DNA from: Macrostomum hystrix
Taxonomy: Eukaryota; Animalia; Platyhelminthes
Assembly (NCBI GenBank): GCA_950097015.1
Contig: CATNEN010000034.1
Span: 992,001 to 1,056,000 of the forward strand
DNA length: 64,000 nt
Direction of reading: 5' to 3'
In this document: positions 13,502 through 25,442 of the stretch, in pieces
Numbering within the stretch: position 1 is the stretch's first letter
How the letters are laid out: every line of letters begins with the position of its first letter
The notes under the pieces: generated by a model
Seen by the model: the letters and a program-made list of their open reading frames with translations, nothing else
The model's database searches: none
What the model was told of the DNA's origin: nothing
Position numbers and translations under genes: made by a program

Positions 13502-16500
13502 CTATGGAATATATTCTATGACTGTGTCGTCAGCGATGTCCACCGGTGCGGTAGCCGTGTCATCGGTGACGGTGATGTACTTCATGTAGCCACCTGAGAT
13601 CAGATAAGTCAGCTGATCCTGCAGACATCAGGATAGAGGGAAGGGCTTGTGGATACTTTAATAGAATATTTTATATAGCTTGTAGAGATCAAGGCTGAGC
13701 ACCCGAAGCGCCGCCTACATTACAGCACGGCAAGAACTGCTCACCGAGAGGTACGGTTCCTGCAGTTTGAGCTGAGGCAGTCGCTTTTGAACGAGCTCAA
13801 ACAGCTGCTTTCTGGTCAGCCGCCGCTGCTGCTTCATGGCTGTGACTAAGGCGCACTGAACCTTTTTCTCCTTCATCCGCTGGTCGAGCTTCTCCAAGCG
13901 CCGGCGCTGCTTCTGAGCCTGCTGCTGTTTCAGAATCATCAGGTTCACCTGCTTGGCGTTGCTGAACGGAATTGGATATAATTGTAAATTCGGGTCATTG
14001 CGGAGTGAAGTGGACTTCAATTTATGAGATCCGAGGTTCTATTCGAAATTTACCTATCAAAGTCGTCATTCACAGCGTAGCGACTAAAACTTTTTCGACC
14101 GATTTCGCAGCCCTCCTCGTCTTCGACCTCGGCCTCGAACTCCTGACCGCCGGGTGCGGCCACAAGTACACCAGCCCTGGTCAGGTGATGCAGGTAGAAG
14201 GCCAGGTCAGAGGCTTTAATACCAGTGCTAATCTGCAGATCAGATTCGGCCAGGTATTGACTATCGCTGCGGTCGACTGAGTCGCCTTTGGCAGCCTCCT
14301 CGCAGTGGAGCAGGATGAGCATGACAGCAGCTGAGCAGCGCAGCTGAATAGGTTCAGCTTGGCTTCGACGACGCCTGGGCGAGAAGGCTAGCAGGCCGGA
14401 GCCGTATGAGTAGGCCAGGCTGACCTGGCGACCGCTGTGTCGAGACTGATAGGTGCTGATTGCCACGTCAGCTAGGGGTGCCAGCTGAGCAGAGGATATG
14501 CGGGTTCATGCACAAAGTTGCTTATCTATGAATTATCTGCGAGGTTAAAGTAAGCGCGCGCTTTGCTTTCACTCGTTGGGTGGTCTAACTTGAGTCATTC
14601 TGCGTGGTCAGACTCAGGCGTCAAGCTCATTTATTGATGTTGCCGGATTTCTAGGCCAGACTACTCATTCGAGTAGTCTGACGTCGAGGTCATTTTTTAG
14701 GCTGCTGGATTCCAAGGTCCCTCGGGAGGTCTGACGTCAAGGTCATTTATTTAGTTTGCCGGATTTCAAGGTCATTGGAGTGGTCTGACGTCAAGGTCAT
14801 GTGTTGAGACTGTTGGATTTCAAGGTCATTGGAGTGGTCTGACGTCAAGGTCATTTGTTGAGACTGTTGGATTTCAAGGTCATTGGAGTGGTCTGAAGCC
14901 AAGGTCATTTATTGAGGTTGCCGGTTTCATTTAACTTAATTAAAAAATTGAATTACAAATTTTTGGGTTACTTTTTCGACAGAAAATATTGTTCAAAAAC
15001 ATTTCTGCAAGAGCATCTTGCTTATACAGAATCTTGACTGATTCCGACTCCCAACCGACTCTCACCAGACGCGGCAGTTGAACAGTCTCAGTCGCTATTC
15101 TCCAGAAATAGCCTCGAACAAAACTGAACCTGATTGGCGGCTGGTCGCCCAGCTGCTCAAGCTGCAGGTCTCGATACTCGGCCAATTCGCGCAGCTCAGC
15201 ATTGAAGCTCTCGGACTCGCGAAAGTCTTTCAACACGCTCCTAACCTCGTACAGCGCCTTCCAACCGCTGAGCTTGGTGAGGCTCTCCAGGGCGAAGGTC
15301 TCAGCTTCGAGGCTGAGCTGGTCGCAGGCCTCCGAGAGCAGTCGCTCGCGCAGCAGTGCGTGGTAGCGCAATAGGAAGGCCTCCTTGTCTTCCAGCAGGC
15401 TGTAGAGCGTCATCTGAGAGTGTATTGTAAACACGGGAACTGTGGGACCTTAATTGTATATGGCTAGAGCAGCGCTGATGTTCAGCTGCTGGTTGAACAG
15501 GAGTTGGTAGGTTTCACATAGCAGTTGTATCTCTGTAGTTAGAACTTCGGACTACTGAAGAATCGGAATTCCGAATCTCAGGTAAGCGAACTGTCATGAG
15601 TTGAGTCCATGGACTCACTCACTTGGGTGAGATATGTGTAAACAGTCTTTGATTTCGCTTCACTATGGCTAAGCTTGTGCTACTGGCTCTAAACCTAACC
15701 TGACTGGATTAGATTTAACTTCATTTCATTAGAGCAAGGCTGGGGGTTTGATGAGCAGAGCTCATGGAAGAGCTCCCAGCCATGCACGCACCAGATCCTC
15801 CAGTAATTGCACTGCGCCGGCGTCAAGTGTTCGAATTGAGCGCATCTGCCGATGAAAATGGTGCGCCAGCGCCGTGGCAGGGTAACTGCTGCCCGGATTG
15901 TGCCTGTAGCTGGCCGCCTCGGTCAGCGAACCGCCGCCGCAGGCGTTCAGCACATCGGCTATCCCAGCGCGAACCTATGGCGGCGGACATCGAGCGGATT
16001 CATTCCTCCTTCATCAAATCTTCAGGTAGCCCAGCTATCTATTCCAGATCTTCAGGTAGCCCAGCTATCTATTCCAGATCTTCAGGTAGCCCAGCTATCT
16101 ATTCCAGATCTTCAGGTAGCCCAGCTATCTATTTTAGATCCTTAAGTAGCCCTACTTTCTATTCCAGATCTTTAAAGTAGTCACAAGCCTTATTTCTAAA
16201 AGTTGTTCTTGCAAAAAAACTAAATAACAGTGCATGCTTTGCTACCACACCGTGCCAAAAAGAAGACTACGACTTAACGACGGCGACTGCTGTAGCTCGA
16301 TTGTTGTCTCGATGATGGCTTTGCAGTAACGCAGCTGCGAGGCACACGTCTCAACATACATGGAGGTCGCCTGCGGGTGTGTCGGAGACAGCGAGTTTGT
16401 GACAGTGGGCATGGGAGACTGAGAGTCTGTGGCATGAGAGACAGAGAGTCTGTGGCATGAGAGACAGAGAGTCTGTGGCATGAGAGACAGAGAGTCTGTG

Positions 16501-17786
16501 GCATGAGAGACAGAGAGTCTGTGGCATGAGAGACTGAGAGTCTGTGGCATGAGAGACAGAGAGTCTGTGGCATGAGAAACAGCGAGTCGGAAACTAGGGA
16601 GAGGCAAATAATCGATTCCAACAAAGCAATGCACCTTTGCAGAGTTAGGATCCAAAGATTTGAACTCTTCCTTGATGCCGTCAAACACCTGTAGTAGTCG
16701 ATCTTTCACAAACAGCCGTAGGACCTCTAGCAGGCGATCCTGACCACCTTCAACCATCACCATGACACTGAAGAACAGACTCAGACTTTGGCTATCGTTC
16801 TCGATCAGCAGGTTCATCACTGTCTCTCCGAGTGCATCCAGGTGATTTTTAACCGTCTCCTGCAGTACGCAGTTGACAACAGAGTCGCGAAAGCCCTTGA
16901 TGCCGAAGTTGACCGCCAGAAACTCTTCGCTCATCAGCCAGTCGCTTACATTGCGGGCTATCAGGTTGGAGTCGAATGGATCGAGCTTTGGCCTGTAAAA
17001 CTGTTTCAGACAGTCCAGGTAGGGCTCAAAAAGAACTTTGGCCACCGTGAACTCATCTGCAGCTGCAGTGTTCAATTCGTCTGGGCTACACGAATCATGC
17101 CATTGATCGTAAGGACCGCTTCGATCCCTGGCGCTACTCAGGTATCTCTGAAACTTCTGGTACTCCTGCAGAAGACTCACAAATTGGTGCACTGGCTGCA
17201 GGTCGCTTGGCTCCCATTTATGTTCGCTATAGTGGATAGTTTTGAAGATGGCGATGGTAGCGCAGGCCGTCACGGGCTTCAGAAAATGGTCCAGACTGAG
17301 CTGACGAATCAGATCAGGAAGGCAAAGTCTGCGATGACCAATCAGAACGCTGTCACTCAGCCATTGTCTCATGGGACTCACGCAGGCTTGCAGGACTTTG
17401 GAAAAGACTCTGAGGCGATCCATCGGTTGTAGGAGCTTATCGTTGAGCGTCTGCCAGCGCTGACTGTTGTCCACAGAAGAGCTAATGACGTCATCATACG
17501 ACATGAGGCAATTTAATTCTTCCAGCAAAGTGCGACGCATGTCTTCGAGTTCTAACACGAGGACACGCTCAATCTGCCGCATTAGTTGTGTCTGCGGGCT
17601 CAGCTTGCTGGCTGACACGGACATGTCACGGGAATCCTTGCCGCTCCACGGTGGTGCAGTTTGTCCAGACTTTTCCAGGAAGTTGTGCAGTCGGGTGGCA
17701 AGCTTCATTCCTTGCTGAACGGACAACTTCGACGGGTTGCTAAGGATGCAACGAATCTCGCTACTAAAGTCAACCCTGGAATCCAT
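13502..17786 (-). CDS. Divergent cullin-family scaffold protein, ~855 aa; exons 17786-16635, 16370-16251, 15974-15792, 15413-15066, 14484-14054, 13961-13745, 13618-13502
   Basis: Cullin motifs: ALAHHF..MTLYSLLEDKEAFLLRYHALLRERLL (cf. CUL1 [29 protein letters not shown]), TYQSRHSGRQVSL (cf. FY..HSGRKLTW), ALVTAMKQQRR (cf. IVRIMK neddylation helix), terminal LISGGY..IEYIP. All six introns are GT-AG and phase-compatible; total 2568 nt. Confidence 0.85.
14690..14915. repeat. Degenerate 54-bp tandem repeat, ~4 copies, in a cullin intron
   Basis: ggatttcaaggtcattggagtggtctgacgtcaaggtcat.. starts at 14761, 14815 and 14869. Confidence 0.8.
16018..16172. repeat. 30-bp tandem repeat, ~5 copies, in a cullin intron
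   Basis: ttcaggtagcccagctatctattccagatc at 16021, 16051, 16081 and 16111. Confidence 0.92.
16421..16578. repeat. 23-bp tandem repeat, ~7 copies, in cullin intron 1
   Basis: gagagtctgtggcatgagagac(a/t), period 23 (16421 to 16444). Confidence 0.92.
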
Positions 17787-18459
17787 GCACGACGGAACTT
17801 GGATGAACGTTGAACTGGCCTTTCTGTTTCTTTCGTCAAGACAAAATACTATGTATATGCTATGATAAATTGCTTTCCTTTTCGTACACGCTTCACTCTT
17901 CTTCTCTGAGTAATTATGCGCTTTTCACCTAAGTTGACTTCATTCCTAAATGTCTATGGAAGACACATGCGAGTGTATAATTTCATTATATAATTATAGA
18001 TTGTAGTTAGCCTACGCGTGTTGAAACGAGGTTGAAAATAACGGCAGCCCGCCCTCTGCTGTTGTCTATGGTCGAATTCCATCGATATGCACAGCGGGCG
18101 TGTCGTAAAACGCCCGCCAACTACAACAATAATATACCAATATTGATAGGCTGCAGAGGGCCTATCTGCAGAAGCTATCCATATTAGTATTGAAGTTAGC
18201 AGGCGTGAAACGCGTTTCACGGCCCGTGAAAAAAGCTTTGGGATTCTTTCTGCATAACAACTTTTACATACGAGCTCACAGTAGCTAAGAGACACAAAAG
18301 CTTGAGCTGAAATTTAGACACTTGACACTTGACAATGCTGTGATTGCTGAATATTGATAGCTGTATTTGTTAAGATAAAATATATATTTTGGTTATCTAC
18401 ATTAACAGATCGGATAGAATTACGAACAGCAAGAACAATAAATTACAACTAGCCTGGCC

Positions 18460-19255
18460 AAGGCCGAAGGTCGGAGGGTCGGAGATGCCAGCGTCCGACA
18501 GAAGCAGGTCGACGTAGCGCACCGTCCTCGCCTGGCCTCGCCGCCGCGGTCCCTGCAGTTAAAGTAGCAGCACATCTTGCAGGGGCTCTGGGCAGCGCTG
18601 CTCCGATCGAATGACGAGCTCATCTTTGGTGCAGCGTGTGCGGTGTCCAACTACCGCTCCTGCGAGCCTGTCAGGGTCGACATGTGGGCGTTGTACAGGA
18701 AGGAGCACGGTCTCGATCACGGCCTGATACAACCGCCCCCTCAGCCGGTCTGGAAGCGCGGGGCACTGCAGGACTGTTCGCAGGGAGCGGAAAGCTCCCC
18801 AGGCCAGTGCTCTGGGCCGTGCGATGTCGTCCTGCAAGCTTGGAACCAGGCCGCCTAGGTACACAAACTCCGTGCAGCGAGGTAGCAGCGCCACCTGCCC
18901 GCTCGGGTCGCGGTAGCGGATCTCACCCAGTAGGTCCGTCGGCGTCGGCGCCGTCAGCACCATCGGTTTTCGGACGTTCAAAGTCAGCCCGACCGCAGCT
19001 GCCGCGGCTGTTAGCTTGTCCAGCATGCGTTGGGCTCCTTCAACAGAGCTTGACAAAAACACCAGGTCGTCCGCGTACGCCAGTATGGAAAGTCACTTCT
19101 CGGGGTGTCGCCTGCTCAGATCAGAAAGCCATCGGAGTCATCAGGAAGACTGACGCGCAGCACCATGTACAGGACCAAGACAAACAGAAATAGGGCCTGA
19201 GTGTCCCCTTGCAGCACACCAGAGGACGTGTCGAAAAAGTCAGACAGGCCGTCTT
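18460..19255 (-). mobile_element. 5'-truncated, frameshifted non-LTR retrotransposon (RTE/RTEX-like RT C-terminal part)
   Basis: Minus-strand translation gives DGLSDFFDTSSGVLQGDT, LAYADDLVFLSSSVEGAQRML, GLTLNVRK, FVYLGG and LYQAVIETVLL, with frameshifts. Confidence 0.85.
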
Positions 19256-19652
19256 TGCTGCTTTTAAGTACGAGTGCTTTTAATAAGTGCTTTTAAGCTG
19301 CTCGTATTTTATCTATGGCAGATATCTATGGCCAATCTAAAAATCGTTGAGTGAACCATCTAGGGTATTTAGTATCTGTGGGAAAAATAACACGCAGAAT
19401 ATACCGCGATAGTACCATAATTGCAGAATGTGCAATGTGAAATATACGAGTAAAATATACTACTCGAAAAAATATAAATTCTAGCTCGGTGTTTTGTGTC
19501 TATGGTAAAAATACATCCCGGAAAATACCCTCGCAGGGATTTATTTAAGGTCCGAGGGGTTTAAGAAAAATACATCCCTAAACTCTGTGTTATCTTCTAC
19601 TTCAAATCTATTAATAGCTAAAAATCTTATAATCTAAATAAGCTTTATAATC

Positions 19653-19904
19653 GTTGTGGAGTCGGAATCCAAATAAGAAGCTGAACAGTGTGTGTCCGTG
19701 AGAAGCCTCGTAGTGGCTAAGCTTCGCTTGCCGTGATTCACCGCGGCCATGCGGCCACTATATTTACCTTGCTCCCGGGAGGGGAGACTTCCCAACATGC
19801 CTCCGCCTGTTTGGGGGTGGGGAGAGAAAGATAGCGTACTGTACTCTGGGTACGGGCAGACAAGGGTTCGGAGCGCACACAAAGAGTTCGAAGCAAACAC
19901 TACA
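19653..19904 (-). repeat. Putative 3' LTR (~250 bp)
   Basis: Begins TGTAGTG right after the polypurine tract. The distal boundary (..CCACAAC) is approximate because no second LTR is available for comparison. Confidence 0.6.
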
Positions 19905-22900
19905 GTTTTCCCCCTCCCGCAAGAATGGCCGCAGTTTTTAGTTCATTCTCGGAGTCCCCAGCTCAGTGTACAGCAACCGGTCCGGCTCTTGCCGCGTCCG
20001 CCGTGACTGACTGGCAGCAACCCGCCGGCCTCCGCACCACTGTCGGCGGCCTCCATTTCGCCGGTTCTGTCAGCTGTCACATCGGCGTCGCCTGCAGGCT
20101 GCTCCTGTGGAATTCGCGGCCGCAGCTGATCGGCGTGCCGCCGCTCGATGACGCCGTCGTTGGTCTCCACTCGGTAGCTGAGCGGCCCGGTCTGCTCTGC
20201 AACCCGGCCCTCCGCCCACCGTTCGGCGCCGCCGCGGTAGTCTCGGGCCCACACCTGGTCCGGTAGGTAGTCGGCATGGCGAGCTGTGCGGTCGTGGAGC
20301 TGCTTTTGCGTGGCCTGGGCCCGCAGCACTCGGTCTCGTGTCGATGGCCGCATCAGGTCCATGCGGGTGCGCAGACCGCGGCCGAGCAGGAGCTGTGCCG
20401 GGGCCCGGCCAGTGGTCGGGTGTTCCGTAGCGCGGTAGCCGAGCAGCCAGTTCTGCAGCCGTCTGTCGGCATCCCCCGCGTCCTCCCGGCTGGACTTCAT
20501 GGCCCGCTTGAAGCTGCCTACCAGGCGCTCCACCAAGCCGTTGGTCTTCGGGTGGTACGGGCTGCTGCGGATATGCTGGATGCCGTTGCTCTTGCAGAAG
20601 TCGTGGAACTCCGCACTAGCAAATGCCGGTCCGTTGTCGGACACGATCTGGCGTGGCAGCCCCCACTGCGCAAACAGTCGCCGAAGCCGCTTGACGACTT
20701 CGGCGCTCGTCTGGCCACCGACTCGCTCCACGTGCGGCCACTTGGAATGCGCGTCCACCACCAGGAGGTAAATCTGGCCTTCCATGGGACCCGCGAAATC
20801 CACGGGATCCGCTCCCACGGCTGGTCCGGCCAGATCCAGGGGTGTAGCGGCGCTTTCATCTCCGGTCGCGTCTGCTGGCACTGGCTGCAGGCGCTGGCCG
20901 TCCGCTCGATGTCCTGGTCCAGGCCGGCCACCACACGAAGCTGCGCGCCACCGACTTCATTCTGACAACTCCAGTGTGATCAGTGTGCAACTCCTGCAGC
21001 ACTCGAGGCCGCAGGGCTGCGGGGATGATAACCCGCGAACCCCACAGCAGGCAGCCGTCCTCCAGGCTGAGCTCGTGCCGCCGTCGGTGGTACGGCTCCT
21101 GGGAGGCGCGCCAGGTGCGCGGCCAGCCATCCTGTGTGAACCGCCGAACCTCCTGCAGGTCGACGTCGCGGCGGCTGGCTCTGGCGATGTCCCTGGCCAG
21201 CAGCGGCCAGTCCTCGCTACCTGGCCGCTCTTCGTCGGTCCAGCACACGCCGCTTGGGTCCGCTGACTCCGCCTTGGTCGCTAGGGGTAGCCTCGACAGA
21301 AAGTCCGCGTTGCCGTGCTTGCTTGTGTTCCTGTAGCTGATGTCGTAGTCGTAAGCGGCCAGGGTGAGTGCCCACCGCTGCAGGCGCGCTGCCGCCGTCG
21401 CCGAGACGCCGGTTTTCGGGCCGAAGATGCTCGTCAGCGGCTGGTGGTCGGTGATGATAGTGATCTTCTGGCCGAAAATGTAATTGTGAAATTTCTTGAC
21501 GCCGAAGATGATCGCCAGCGCCTCCTTCTCGATCTGGGCGTAGTTCTTCTCCGCAGCATTCAGGCTCCTGGAGGCGAAGGCGATCGGTTTCTCAGTTCCG
21601 TCGGGTGCCACGTGGGAGATAACGGCTCCGATGCCAACAGAGGAGGCGTCCGCGGCCAGCACCAGCGGCCAGTCGGGGTTGTAGCAGGTCAGAACGGTGT
21701 CCGACGAGAGGGCCTCTTTCAGTGCCTCCCAGGCTGACTGCTGGCGCGCGGTCCAGTCCCACGCGGTGTCCTTTCGGAGTACAGCGGGGCCGCTTTCGTA
21801 GAGAAGTTGGCGACGTGCTTGGCGTAATAGTTGGCCAGGCCGAGGAACGACCGCAGCTCGGACACGGTGGCTGGCTTCGGGCTGGCCCTGATGGCCTCGA
21901 CCTTCTTGGGGCTCTTCCGGACCCCCTCACCGCTAATGAGTGAGCCAAGGTACTCTACCTCGCTCTCAAAGAACCGGCACTTCTCCACTTTGAGTCGGAG
22001 GCCCGCGCTGCGCAGGCGGCTCAGCACCTCCCGCAGGTTGTTGAGGTGATCGGCCGTGCCCTTGCCGGCCACCAGGATGTCGTCGATCCTGCAACACGTC
22101 GAGCTGGTGCCCTGCAGCACGGATTCCATGATCTGCTGACAGAGCGCTGGCGCTGAGCTGACCCCGTACGGCAGTCGCTTGAACCGGAACAAGCCCTTGT
22201 GGGTGTTGATGGTGGTCAGGTCCTGGCTGGCCTGGTCCAGTGGAAACTGCAGGTAGCACTCAGACAGGTCCAGCTTGGAGAAGATCCTGCCGCCGCCGAC
22301 CGCGTCGTAGAGTTCTTCTGGCGTCGGCATTGGGTAGTGGTCGGTCTTCAGCTGTGGGTTCAGCGTGACCTTGTAGTCACCGCACAGCCTAAGGGCCCCG
22401 TTTGACTTGCTGACTGGCACCACCGGTGTCGCCCAGTCGCTGTGCAGCACCGGCTCGACAACCCCCGCCTCCTGCATCCGTTGCAGCTCTGCCTCGATCT
22501 TGGACTTCAGAGCGTACGGGACAGGCCGGGCCTTGCAGAACCTCGGCTGAGCGTCCTCCTGCAGCCGTAGCTTCACGCTGTGCCGTGTGAAGTTACCCAA
22601 GCCCGGCTGGAACACATCTGCGAACTCCTGCAGCAGGCCGTCCAGTTCTGGCGGCGTGGCGGGGCTGGAGGTGGTGGCCGGCACCGTTGGGCTGCTGATC
22701 GCGAAGATCTCCTTCCAGTCCAGCCGGATGCCCCTGAGCCAGTTCCGGCCCATCAGTGGGCTCGCCTTCTCCAGGCTGGTGACGATCAGGGGCAGCTGGC
22801 AGGCCTGGCTGCCGCACTCCACCACCACTTCCGCCGAGCCCATGACAGGAATGCTCTCGCCTGTCCAGGTGCGCAGCTTCACCTCCGTCTTCTGCAGCTT

Positions 22901-23604
22901 CGGCCGGCCCAGCTGCTCCCAGTGCCGCTTGGACACGAGGCTGACGCAGGCTCCGGTGTCCACCTGCATTTTTAGTGGCCGTCCATTGATGTTCAGCTGG
23001 ACGCTGATGTGGCTCTCCTCACTGCTGCGGACCTGGGAGACCCACGTCACCTCCAAGTCCTCGCTGTCACTGCTGCTGTGCACCTCGCTCCAACCTCTGT
23101 TGACAACCCGGATGGACTTCCGGCTCTTGGAGCCGCTGTATTTCGAGCCACCCCTCTGACTGCTCGAAGCTGCCCCGGCGCTGGCCTTCTGGCTGGACAG
23201 ACAGACGGCCTTCAGGTGTCCCAGCTTGCCGCAGGCGTGGCACTTGGTGTTCCTGTGCGGGCATTCGGAGGATAGGTGCTGCCTGGAGCCGCAGCGCATG
23301 CAGGGCCGCCGCGGTGGCGGGGCCTCTACCTGGTTGACCTCCGGCCTGGCCCGCCAGCTGTTAGCCTCCGCCTCTGCCATCTCTGCCGCCTGAGCGATCT
23401 CCTTCGCCTTGTCGAGCGTCAGAGTGCTGACGGTCAGCAGCCGCTTCTGCACTTGCGGCTCCCGGAGTCCGCAGACGAAGCAGTCGCGCAGGGCATCCTC
23501 CAGGAAGGTGGCGAAGTCGCAGGTCTCCGCAAGGTTCCTGAGGGCGGCCAGGAACTGAGCTGCGGACTCTCCGTCCCTCTGGGTCCGCTTGTAGAAGCGA
23601 AACT
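19653..23604 (-). mobile_element. Ty3/Gypsy LTR retrotransposon (Mag-like), 5'-truncated, 3' LTR only
   Basis: Gag tail with two CCHC knuckles, protease DTGA, RT (RIDDILV), RNase H (DAS..GIGAV..NYAQIEKEAL), integrase (LHTDH, DFAGP, VVDAHSKWP, SDNGP, NGLVER); PPT gcgggaggggg followed by TGTAGTG at 19904; no matching 5' LTR upstream. Confidence 0.92.
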
Positions 23605-23671
23605 TTGTTTTGTCTCGCCCCGCCCGACCACGCTCCGCTTGTTCAGTTAGGTAGCTTTCGGCGCTACGCAT
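19943..23671 (-). pseudogene. gag-pol reading frame broken by three small frameshifts (~21780, ~20925, ~20808)
   Basis: Conserved motifs continue in a shifted frame: APLY..LRKDTAWDW, WWP/GLDQDIE, PWERI/(H)VDFAGP. Confidence 0.85.
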
Positions 23672-25442
23672 CTTGAGATTGCGCCGCTGACAAGGGTGGT
23701 CTAGATAGGCGCTTTGTTGTCGAAGTCAGTACGTGCTCTCTTCGGAGACTCCGCCGTCAGGCAGAAGGAGTGCCAACCGATAGGATCTGTCGGGGCAGCG
23801 CTGAAAGCAGAGACAACCGGAGCCTCTCGGGAAGAGTAGGGCGCGGATTAGGCCAGTTTAAGCTAAATTGTTATATCCAATTTCCCCGGACCAAATTTTG
23901 CTTTTCGCTGTGAGCGCGCTATATTTGCTTTCCGTGCGAATATCCTCATTCTGTCGGTGTAACTTTTAAATCAAGTTGAGCAAGTAAACTAGAGTCAAAT
24001 CAATTCTTATTCTTATCTGGAGTCGGCGAGTCACAAAAAACTGATTAAATCACTCCCCAACCAAATTATTCGAGTCTTCGTGTTCATAACTGCAGTGTTT
24101 CTTTTTTTCACTAGGGAGTTTCGCCGGGCCGGAGGACGACACGCGGGTCTCATCGCTTATCTATTCCGCTTCGCTCGCTACCCCAGTCTCTAACGCTATT
24201 TATTTTCAGATTTCCCCTGCTGCTATTGAAACGATTGGTAGAACACCGACCCCGGTGAATAGTGAATAGTCGCTAGCACGCTCGCACTCTGTATCCCTTG
24301 GTCGACGCCCTGCACTGAGAAGTACGTGTCCTCCAACCAGTACGTGTCCTCCCATATAGAAAAGTTAAATTCCGTATTTTGTAATACTTTTTAAGAAAGG
24401 TAAAATTAAGGGTTACCATCATTATTGGTTCAAGCAATTCACGCCAAAAAAACTTTCAGAAGTTAAAAAGGCTTTAATAGTTCCCGCTGCTTTAAGCAGC
24501 CACGCAAAGATATCTATAAATTAAACGTTTTTTACTTTTATAGTTTCATATTTTAAACAACTTGTTATAGAGTTCGTTATAACCCTTTAAAAATTGCGGA
24601 ATTTTTATGACGAGAAACTAATTAATCGTGAGCTCGAATCAATGATTTTAATCGAGCATTCTGTAGTTTCTCGGACTGTGTGATTTATCAAATTTTATTA
24701 TGGTCTTCACTATTGGAACATTCCGAAAAGGTTAATACAACACCCACCTTGCCTGATCCAAACACTGCAACTACTATTTCTTACACTTGTGTTGCATTCT
24801 TTTGTTACTATCTATAGGCCTAGGCTTATCTATTTTATTAATATTATAAAGCAAGAATCCTGCTGCTTTAATCCTTCAGATAGCTATTTTTAATTGTAGA
24901 TGCCTCTCGCTAGGTCTAGTAAATCAAAGTTCTAGAGCTGCCCATTTATATTATCTTACTAGTAGCAAATGTCCACTGACTATATCTAACTTGAGGCATC
25001 CACATAATATAATCCCTAGAATGGATATATTTGGCAATTTCTAGATATCCTTGTGTAGGCCTAATTGTTTTTAGTTTTTTTAATACTAAGTAGTAAATTT
25101 TAAGATACTGCACAGAGACTAGGCCTATTTCTAAGTAAAGTAATGTAGGCCTAAGCTGATCATCATTATTAATATATTGATTTTTGATAGTTAATATTAT
25201 TGTTATTGAATACTGGTTGCTTCAGCCACAAGCAATTTTGGCCATAACCATTGGCCCACATTTTATTGTTTTAATATCCTTTTGTCTGCTAGCATATTTG
25301 TTTATTGTTTAAAAAAATACATCACTGCAGATAAAAATTCTAACAGTTACTTTGTTAAATGTTTTAAAGCAATTAAACAACTTTGTTAAAATGACAAGTA
25401 AGGGCATGGAATGCGACATGTGCTACTATGACTACTATTGCT

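Noticed and set aside
15430-15560. Possible extra cullin exon (TEIQLLCETY..LAIY)
   Set aside because: It ends in an in-frame TAA with no good donor; exon 15974-15792 already supplies the expected helix and splices in phase
24321-24352. 14-bp direct repeat agtacgtgtcctcc x2
   Set aside because: Too short and isolated to assign as a TE end or TSD
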